The notes under the pieces are model-generated. The model saw nothing but the letters and a program-made list of their open reading frames with translations, did no database searches and was not told the origin of the DNA. Shown in pieces: positions 27,356 to 33,312 of a stretch of 33,312 nt of DNA. This DNA comes from a virus. Taxonomy: Duplodnaviria > Caudoviricetes. The stretch spans positions 1 through 33,312 of the IMG/VR virus record IMGVR_UViG_3300033407_000083; one strand, written 5' to 3'. Position 1 is the stretch's first letter. The number at the start of each line of letters is the position of its first letter. The position numbers were made by a program, and so were the translations under genes.

Positions 27356-27454
27356 GCGGAGGTTACTTTCTCTCGCCATTTACCATATACCTTATGTGAA
27401 TTCTGCGCTCTCTGTGGATCAGCCGTTCTTTGAAATCTGGAATCTCAAATCTCT

Positions 27455-27865
27455 TTACGGCCCCCCCGGCGTCGCCGCGCGGTTCCAGCCCAGGATCGTC
27501 AGGATCGCCGTCCTCTGCTCGTCGCTGATGGGGCCGTCGAGTTGCCTGAGCAGCGTCTCGCGCGTGCCCGCCGGCAGCCGCGTGGAATCCCCGTGTCCCC
27601 GGGCGATGATATTGCCGTTGATCCCCCTCGCCCGCACGCCCGAGGCGAACGTCGCGGAGACATAGCTTTCCAGGCCGGGATCCTGCACGTGGCCGTCCGC
27701 GTCCATCATCCAGTCCTGCAACACCCCTTCGTCCTGGATTTTCCTTGCCAGCGTCTGGGCGCTGTCCGCCATGGCGTTTTCCAGCCGTTGCCCCGGCATC
27801 TGGCACCCCGCCCCCAAGATCAGCAGCCATCCCAAGACCAATCCGATAAAAATCTTCCAGTTCAT
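27455..27865 (-). CDS. Lipoprotein, first gene of the late operon (136 aa)
   Basis: MNWKIFIGLVLGWLLILGAG-C lipobox; AAGGA SD. Confidence 0.75.
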   Translation of the reverse strand: MNWKIFIGLVLGWLLILGAGCQMPGQRLENAMADSAQTLARKIQDEGVLQDWMMDADGHVQDPGLESYVSATFASGVRARGINGNIIARGHGDSTRLPAGTRETLLRQLDGPISDEQRTAILTILGWNRAATPGGP

Positions 27866-27876
27866 CCGATCCTTCC

Positions 27877-28401
27877 TTTCTACGTTTCTACGTTTCCGCG
27901 TTTCCTTCGTGGTCAAGTAGTTCGAAAAGTGTGGGGCGGTCGCATCCTCCCTGATCCGCCCGCCCCGCGGCCGGCCGACTCTGCCGTTGGTCTCGCCGGT
28001 TCTTGTTGTCGTGCCCTTGTCCGAACCCGGAGCGCAAGCGACGGGCCGCGCCTTCCAGTTTCCAGTCTCTTGTCTCTGGAAAGGGGGTCCGCCGGGCCGG
28101 GTTGGCGCTCCCGGCCACGGCGGATGAGGTAAGGAAAATGTAGGCCGTGCCAAACAGAGCCGCGACCGTGAGGGAGCGGTTCCGCTCGGCGGATGAATGA
28201 GATCGTGCCAAACAGAGCCGCGACCGTGAGGGAGCGGTTCCGCTCGGCGGATGAATGAGGCCGTGCCCGGCCGGGGGGTCGGAGTCGCCCCGACCGGGCT
28301 TTGGAGGGGGAATAACTTTGGTCCACGCGCCAAACAGAGCCGCGACCGTGAGGGAGCGGTTAGTCGCCGTCCCTCTGCGTTAATCTGCGTAATCTGTGGA
28401 T
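27877..28401. repeat. Mosaic of REP-like palindromes and short tandem arrays, including a 58-bp-period duplication
   Basis: AACAGAGCCGCGACCGTGAGGGAGCGGTT at 28153, 28211, 28333; 28146-28201 duplicated at 28204-28259; plus several other motif types. Confidence 0.85.
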
Positions 28402-28478
28402 CGTTCGGCATCCGTGCCGCTCCGCGCTCATCCGTACCGCGACAGGTATGGAGCGGTCCGTGCTCCAACCGGCGCAAC

Positions 28479-28518
28479 AAAAAACCCGATGCAGCTCATT
28501 CCGAGCCACACCGGGTTT
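28479..28518 (-). terminator. Intrinsic terminator between the late-leader promoter/repressor and the late operon
   Basis: Minus-strand RNA CCCGGUGUGGCUC-GGAAU-GAGCUGCAUCGGG-UUUUUU: 13-bp stem fully paired only on this strand (3 G-U pairs), then U6. Confidence 0.85.
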
Positions 28519-28530
28519 GTATCCTTGGCG

Positions 28531-28542
28531 CGCGCTACGACC
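28531..28542 (-). promoter_or_regulatory. ops-like element
   Basis: GGTCGTAGCGCG matches ops GGCGGTAGCGTG at 9/12 positions, about 15 nt before the terminator stem. Confidence 0.35.
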
Positions 28543-28624
28543 GACCGGTCATGCCCGCGCGATACACCCTAGTTTTGCGGAGATCAAAGGCTTTGCGGCG
28601 GGATTGTCCCGCTCACGGGCGCAT

Positions 28625-28653
28625 CATCTAACCGATCCCGAACCGCCTGTCAA
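28625..28653 (-). promoter_or_regulatory. Candidate sigma70-type late-leader promoter
   Basis: TTGACA (28653-28648), 17 nt, TAGATG (28630-28625); -10 is weak. Confidence 0.5.
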
Positions 28654-28666
28654 ATGGAATCTGGAA

Positions 28667-29434
28667 TTATTTTTTGGACTCCTTTCTCTCCGGTGCGGCC
28701 TCTTTGCCGGCCTGCCGTCGCTGCTCTGCCTCTTCCGTCCGCTCTTTGGCGTACTCCCGTTCGTCCGCATCCATTGCCTCGACCCAAGATTTCCGCTTCC
28801 CTCCGCTTTGGTTCTTTGCCTGTCCTTCCCATAAGTCGATGAGGACCACTGCCAACCGCTCGCTCAGATAGTCCTTGACTCGGTCACCGGAGAAATCCGG
28901 CGCCCTTGGTTCCATCACCGCCGGTTGCTGCACCCGAAAGAAGCAAATCGCCTCATCCAGCGTGAATTGTCCTTCGTCGATCGCCGTGGCCAGCGAAACG
29001 CACATGCTCCTTATATGTAGGCTCTGCATCTGATGCGACAGGGTGAGCGCCGTCAACATGCGTTGCACGGTCAGCCCGGACCGCCACCGCTCTTCTTCCA
29101 TGGTTTCGATCACCGACTTGGGCAGCGCCTGCCTCAGAACCGCGATCAGCGCCCGATCGACTCCTATGCCCGCCACCGCATACGAAAACGCCGCATCCCG
29201 ATCCGCCGAGGGCGGCGGCGTCACAGTTTCAATGTCCACTTGCAGCAATGTTGCCAACGCGACCGCCCGCGCGGGAGGGATCGGCTGCGTGCCCCGCTCA
29301 TACGTACTAATAGTCTGCCCGGAGACGCCCAGCTTCGCTGCCAATGTTTCCTGCGTCATCTCCTTGCGAACGCGGGCTTCTCGAAGTCGGGCTCCGAAGT
29401 CCTTCAGCCACTCGATTTCCATGCCCCTATTCAT
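28667..29434 (-). CDS. XRE-family HTH prophage repressor (about 255 aa; start uncertain, 29422-29500)
   Basis: FGARLREARVRKEMTQETLAAKLGVSGQTISTYERG HTH; divergent from the early operon. Confidence 0.85.
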   Translation of the reverse strand: MNRGMEIEWLKDFGARLREARVRKEMTQETLAAKLGVSGQTISTYERGTQPIPPARAVALATLLQVDIETVTPPPSADRDAAFSYAVAGIGVDRALIAVLRQALPKSVIETMEEERWRSGLTVQRMLTALTLSHQMQSLHIRSMCVSLATAIDEGQFTLDEAICFFRVQQPAVMEPRAPDFSGDRVKDYLSERLAVVLIDLWEGQAKNQSGGKRKSWVEAMDADEREYAKERTEEAEQRRQAGKEAAPERKESKK

Positions 29435-29454
29435 ACCAATTCCCCTTGTTCCAA

Positions 29455-29501
29455 GAAAATTCATATTTTCCGCTTGACTCGCTTGAATCATGTGATACAC
29501 T
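29455..29501 (+). promoter_or_regulatory. Early promoter with adjacent palindromic operator candidate
   Basis: TTGACT (29474-29479), 16 nt, TGn-TACACT (29496-29501); GAAAAT-TCAT-ATTTTC palindrome at 29455-29470; AT-rich divergent region. Confidence 0.6.
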
Positions 29502-29637
29502 TCACTCTGAAGTTAGGAGTCTGCTGTGGTCCTCAACCTGATTGAAACAACGAAATGCGCGGAGGCGGGGTTCCTTCCATTTGGACCATGCGAAGACTCC
29601 GCCCCGCCTCCCGCATACTTTTCAAGGAGATCTTCGC

Positions 29638-30288
29638 ATGAAGGGAATCGCTCCTAACCCCCCGCCCATCGTGGCCGAGGCCGAGTACGACCAGGATCAA
29701 CTCGTCCAGGCCATCTTCAACGCCGCCCTCCGGGACAACTTCGCCGTCGGCCGTTACGCCCTGCAATGGTGCGAGCGTTATTCCCGTGGTCGCACTGACG
29801 CCGCGTTGGCCCAGCTCGTTAACGATATAAATCCAGACGGTGAAGTAACTGGCGATTTTGTTCGCGAGTGCAGGGTGGTCGCCAAGGAATTTCCGGCGCG
29901 CGTCATAAATCTGTCCTGGACCCATCACCGGGTCGCCCTTGAGCTCGACCGTTCCAACGCCCGCGAGTGGTTGGACAAGGCTGCCAAGGAGGAATGGTCC
30001 GTCCGCCAGTTGGAGCAGGCCATCCGCCGCAAGGTCTGTCCCGGCAAGGTCCGCTCTCCCAACCTCCAGCGCTCCATCAGCCTGGAATACGCCCACTTCC
30101 GCCGCCACGTCGAGGAGCTCTCCGATACCGCCAAGATTAGCGCCTGGATCAAGACCAGCCCCGACTTCCTCATCCACAACAAGGACTTCCTCAAGACCAA
30201 AATGGTCCATGTCCAAAAAAGCGCCCAGGTGATCCTCGACGCCCTCGCCGGCGTCCGTCGCGACCGCTCCGCGGGAAAGGAGGCGTAA
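29638..30288 (+). CDS. LmbU/DUF1016-N-like HTH DNA-binding protein (216 aa)
   Basis: AAGGAG SD; LSWTHHRVA...WLDKAAKEEWSVRQLEQAI motif. Confidence 0.7.
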   Translation: MKGIAPNPPPIVAEAEYDQDQLVQAIFNAALRDNFAVGRYALQWCERYSRGRTDAALAQLVNDINPDGEVTGDFVRECRVVAKEFPARVINLSWTHHRVALELDRSNAREWLDKAAKEEWSVRQLEQAIRRKVCPGKVRSPNLQRSISLEYAHFRRHVEELSDTAKISAWIKTSPDFLIHNKDFLKTKMVHVQKSAQVILDALAGVRRDRSAGKEA

Positions 30289-30598
30289 CCCGTGGCCGCA
30301 AAAACAACTCATTTGGCCGGCTTTCCGTTCGACGTCGTGCGCTTCGATCTCTGCCCGTCCGATGTGGACAAGGTCTTCAACATCTCCGAGTCCTTCCAGC
30401 GCGTCGCCCCTCGCGGCGCTGACGAACCAAGAGTGAATCCGCGGCACTCCGAGCCCGCGGAGATTAAAGGCTTTGGCCCGGATCGGGCGGGGCGGAGGAA
30501 CGAGAATCGGTCGGTCCATGAGCGACTGCGGTGCGTAGCGCCGCGGTCCTTAGTCGATGGCGCTCCCAGTGCGTTCGACTCCGATCGTTCGTCGTCTG

Positions 30599-30651
30599 GT
30601 TTCGACGTTTCGACGTTTTGACTTTTCGACGTTTCGACGTTTTGACGTTTC
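30599..30651 (+). repeat. Octamer tandem array (TTTYGACK)x6
   Basis: GTTTCGACGTTTCGACGTTTTGACTTTTCGACGTTTCGACGTTTTGACGTTTC; related TTTCTACG array at 27877-27904. Confidence 0.85.
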
Positions 30652-30678
30652 CTCCTGTCCCGTCCGCTCCTCGGCCTG

Positions 30679-30711
30679 CCTCTCCCCTTACCAAGGGGAG
30701 ACACAGAGGGG
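30679..30711. repeat. REP-like palindrome CCTCTCCCCTTACCAAGGGGAGACACAGAGGGG
   Basis: TCTCCCCTT-ACC-AAGGGGAGA hairpin. Confidence 0.7.
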
Positions 30712-30727
30712 TCGGCGTTTCGGAGTT

Positions 30728-31231
30728 TCACGACGATGGCTCGTTCATCCAAAACCGTTCCGCCCAGCAGCCCAGGTAGCGCCCGACGTCCGCGTCGCCG
30801 CCCCGCGAAAGCCACTCGGCGTAGCCGGAAGTCCACGCGAGTGACCGGATCAACGGCCAATCGACCTTCGAAACGTCTGCGGCTCGCAACGGCGCGTCGA
30901 TCCACGCGCGGAACTTTCTCCTCGATAGACGAACTGCGCCGGATGGTGGCGCGGAACAAATCCGAGAAGAAAGCCATTCCCAAAGCGCTTTTTGGTCATC
31001 CGTCGACCAACTGGAAAGCAACTCCCGCCGTTTCCAAAAGGGCGTCCGCAGCAGGCGACGGATCGGCAGCCGCCCCGCAATCATCGTCCCCAATATTTGA
31101 TCCGGTTCGATGGGATGATCCCCCAACCGGGCCATATCGGAGTCCATCCACAGTTCCCCGGCGAAGCTCGCCAGACAAGACCCATACGCCTCCGCCGGAA
31201 TCACCATCGTCCTCGGAAATTTGTCTTTCAT
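30728..31231 (-). CDS. Hypothetical Trp-rich protein antisense to the early operon (167 aa); competing plus-strand ORF 30736-31320
   Basis: More protein-like composition than the overlapping Arg/Ser-rich plus-strand ORF; strand not resolved. Confidence 0.4.
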   Translation of the reverse strand: MKDKFPRTMVIPAEAYGSCLASFAGELWMDSDMARLGDHPIEPDQILGTMIAGRLPIRRLLRTPFWKRRELLSSWSTDDQKALWEWLSSRICSAPPSGAVRLSRRKFRAWIDAPLRAADVSKVDWPLIRSLAWTSGYAEWLSRGGDADVGRYLGCWAERFWMNEPSS

Positions 31232-31409
31232 GCCCGCATGGTATGCGTGTCCTCATCGACTACCAGCCGGGCCTCGTTGTGATGACCCGTTCCGGAGACG
31301 TCTTGTTGCGGTTGTCGTGACTCAGAGCCCCGGCGTCCGCGCCGGGCGGCCTCTGGTTTGTAATCGAACTCCGGCGGCGGACCAACGGATTTCCGCCGCG
31401 TTTTCACCA

Positions 31410-31430
31410 GTAGGGCGGGCTCGGCCCGCC
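31410..31430 (+). repeat. GTAG-type REP-like hairpin
   Basis: GTAG then GGCGGGC-TCG-GCCCGCC stem-loop. Confidence 0.65.
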
Positions 31431-31447
31431 GTTAGGCAGGGACGCCG

Positions 31448-31969
31448 ATGGAAGACATGCGTTGCGACGTTGAACTGCTGAACGCCATGCTCAACGAGTC
31501 GCCCCACGTCCACGACGTGCACACCGATCGTTGGGTCTGTCTCAGCGCCAAGCAGCTCGCCGACTGGACCAATCGTTCGCTCCAGACCATCAGCGACTAC
31601 CGCACGGGCAAGACCAACATCCCCATCGAGTTCTGGCGGGCGGTTTTCAATCGCACCTGCGACCTGCGCGTCGTGGCCCTGCTGGTCCCCATCGACCTCT
31701 ACAACGTCGAGATCAATCCCAGGCAGGAGCGCGGTCCGGAGAGTCCGGGCGCCTTCTTCCGCGAGGCCCTCGTCGCGGAGTCCGAGTATCACGAGCAGGC
31801 CAAAGCTTTGTGCGAGATTCTCGCCGACGGCAAGATCGACGATCTCGACGCCCGCCGCGTGACCGCCTACGACGACGCCTACTGGCGTCATCGCGTCCGC
31901 GACGCCTCCTTGCACCGCGCCGTCCTCCGCCGATACAGCGATTACGCGGGAAGGCTCGGTGTCTCTTGA
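31448..31969 (+). CDS. Phage regulatory protein, CII(186/CP76)-like (173 aa)
   Basis: N-terminal HTH (SAKQLADWTNRSLQTISDY) and C-terminal ILADGKIDDLD motif. Confidence 0.65.
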   Translation: MEDMRCDVELLNAMLNESPHVHDVHTDRWVCLSAKQLADWTNRSLQTISDYRTGKTNIPIEFWRAVFNRTCDLRVVALLVPIDLYNVEINPRQERGPESPGAFFREALVAESEYHEQAKALCEILADGKIDDLDARRVTAYDDAYWRHRVRDASLHRAVLRRYSDYAGRLGVS

Positions 31970-32295
31970 CTCTTCGCGCCTGCGTCCTTGTCGCCGCCTT
32001 CTTCTTTGCGGCTCCGATGCTGAAACTCTTTTTTCTCTGCGTTCTCTGTGTCCTCTGCGGATGCGTCGTCTGGCGCTTCGCCGACCTGGTCGCGGGCGTT
32101 GATGAGATGAAGTGCGATCTCTCCTGCCCTTGCGGTCGTCGCACCATGAACAACGTGATCGCCGATCCCGCCCGTCGCCCGGCCATCGTCGATCTTCTCG
32201 CCCGCAACTGTCCCTGGTGCCTGTCCCATCGCGAGCCGCGAACTTCAGTTCGCGCGGACGCACCCGCCGATGGAGTCTCCCATGTTGACCCATGA
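31966..32295 (+). CDS. Membrane-anchored Zn-finger-like hypothetical protein (start TTG 31966 or ATG 32017)
   Basis: TTGA overlap; hydrophobic N-terminus; CPCG...CPWC. Confidence 0.55.
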   Translation: MTLRACVLVAAFFFAAPMLKLFFLCVLCVLCGCVVWRFADLVAGVDEMKCDLSCPCGRRTMNNVIADPARRPAIVDLLARNCPWCLSHREPRTSVRADAPADGVSHVDP

Positions 32296-32524
32296 ACTGC
32301 ACGAATGCCCCCGATGCGAATCGCCCGTCCCGCGCGAGGATTACGCCCGCGTGCGGATCGACGATCGCACCGACGAGTTTATGCACTGTCCGTTCTGCGG
32401 CTACGGCCTCGAGGTCTCGCGTTACTCCGACGGCGCCATCTACGTTCTCGATTATCAGGAGCGCACCGAGCCGGTGAACTTCGGCAGGTTTCTCCAGCGT
32501 TTGGAGGATGCTCGCGCCGCCTGA
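32282..32524 (+). CDS. Zinc-ribbon protein (80 aa)
   Basis: CPRC...CPFC; GGAG SD. Confidence 0.7.
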   Translation: MLTHELHECPRCESPVPREDYARVRIDDRTDEFMHCPFCGYGLEVSRYSDGAIYVLDYQERTEPVNFGRFLQRLEDARAA

Positions 32525-32527
32525 TTT

Positions 32528-32550
32528 TGTGCCACTGCTCGCAAGCAGTG
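32528..32550 (+). repeat. REP-like 23-bp palindrome, copy 3 of 3
   Basis: Identical to 18096-18118. Confidence 0.85.
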
Positions 32551-32589
32551 TTCGTTGTCGTCTTCGTGCCTTCGTGGTGAGTGTTGTTT

Positions 32590-33312
32590 GTGGCCGCAAT
32601 CGCCAATCGACAATCGGGAATCGACAATTCCGAGGACTGGCTTCCCCTCGACGAAGCCGCCGCCGAGCTGGCCGAACCGCTCCGCACCCTACAATGGCGT
32701 TGCAGATCGTCCCTCGCCAAACAGCACCAAGCCCACCTATCGCCTCCGCGCGACGGGCGTGGCAAGCCGGTCTGGTGGCTGCATCGCTCGATTGATCCGC
32801 GACTTTCCCGATCGCTCGATCCTCAGACCCGCGCCGATCAGCAGCGCCCCTCGCTGCTCGCGCGTCATGCCCAGCACCACGTCGAGCGTGCCTATAGAAA
32901 GGCCCGCTGGGTGGGGCATTGGCGCTCGATGCTTCATGACGTCCGCCCCGCGGGATTGACCGGCGCGGCGATAGCCGCCCGCGTCGTCGCCGAGGCCAAA
33001 CAGGTGGAGGGCGAGGATTTTCCCATCAGCGTCCGCTCTCTCTATTTGTGGAACGCCTCCATGACGGCGCGCGATGCGGAGGGCGCGATCCGCGGCGTCG
33101 AGGCCTTGGTCCCTCGTTACGGCGATGGCGGAGGCGGGCGCGACGTGCGCTCCCCGGAAGCCGTCGAGTTTTTCTACGAACTTTATCACTGTCAAAGCAA
33201 ACCCACGGTACGGACGTGCCACGAAGTGACACTGCGTAAGTCCCGCGCGAACGGTTGGACCTGGCCGACAAGCTACTCCGCGACGCGCAAGTGGCTTGCA
33301 GCTCACGACGAC
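32590..33312 (+). CDS. MuA-like transposase, N-terminal 241 codons (3' partial; absent from the ORF track)
   Basis: Open frame from GTG 32590 to the edge: DWLPLDEAAAEL HTH, ISVRSLYLW...GVEALVPRY (I-beta-like), FFYELYHCQSKPTVRTCH...GWTWPTSY (I-gamma-like). Confidence 0.85.
   Translation, partial: MAAIANRQSGIDNSEDWLPLDEAAAELAEPLRTLQWRCRSSLAKQHQAHLSPPRDGRGKPVWWLHRSIDPRLSRSLDPQTRADQQRPSLLARHAQHHVERAYRKARWVGHWRSMLHDVRPAGLTGAAIAARVVAEAKQVEGEDFPISVRSLYLWNASMTARDAEGAIRGVEALVPRYGDGGGGRDVRSPEAVEFFYELYHCQSKPTVRTCHEVTLRKSRANGWTWPTSYSATRKWLAAHDD

Larger units (their letters stand above)
101..33312. mobile_element. Transposable (Mu-like) prophage, B3/BcepMu-type divergent organisation, truncated at right window edge
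   Basis: MuA-like transposase N-terminus, Mu-type TerL, DUF935-like portal, gpF, protease I, gp36, gpG in Mu synteny; tandem end repeats next to a disrupted host gene. Confidence 0.92.

Noticed and set aside
28146-28361. Possible mini-CRISPR or guide-RNA array (three 29-33-bp repeats)
   Set aside because: The sequences after copies 1 and 2 are identical (tandem duplication), spacing is irregular (58 then 122 bp), and no cas or effector gene is nearby; fits REP-like elements better.
27455-28480. 341-aa ORF extending through the repeat mosaic
   Set aside because: The extension translates repeats; a good SD and lipoprotein signal begin at 27865.
30292-30621. 109-aa plus-strand ORF after the LmbU-like gene
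   Set aside because: It has a plausible SD/GTG but no motif, and its 3' end is repeat-derived; too weak to list as a feature.
32737-33306. Minus-strand 189-aa ORF and short plus ORFs at the right edge
   Set aside because: They overlap the MuA-like frame from 32590, which carries recognisable motifs.
1-33312. tRNA, rRNA, or integrase/att-type integration
   Set aside because: No cloverleaf, rRNA-like sequence or tyrosine/serine integrase was recognised; the junction is inside a protein gene, as expected for transposition.

Overview
After 100 bp of an interrupted host redoxin (TlpA/AhpC-TSA-like) gene, the window is one GC-rich transposable (Mu-like) prophage, truncated at the right edge inside the transposase gene. 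The layout is divergent, as in B3/BcepMu. A long minus-strand late operon holds lysis-like lipoproteins, gp25/26/27-like genes, TerL, a DUF935-type portal, gpF, protease/scaffold, capsid, gp36/gpG/gp37-like genes, a non-contractile tail, and fibre/accessory genes. An internal XRE repressor follows, then a plus-strand early operon with an LmbU-like HTH, a CII-like protein, Zn fingers and a MuA-like transposase that the ORF track missed. A Planctomycetota (Phycisphaerae-like) host is inferred only from a dockerin-like motif, repeat types and GC content. The most unusual signal is non-coding. Almost every intergenic spacer from 8.6 to 32.6 kb carries short 7-9-mer tandem arrays or REP-like palindromes from several families. 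They are often nested, mostly share one strand polarity regardless of transcription direction, and in places invade or split genes. They are densest in a roughly 520-bp mosaic behind a promoter / ops-like / terminator leader of the late operon. All family assignments are by eye from motifs and synteny; no database search was run.
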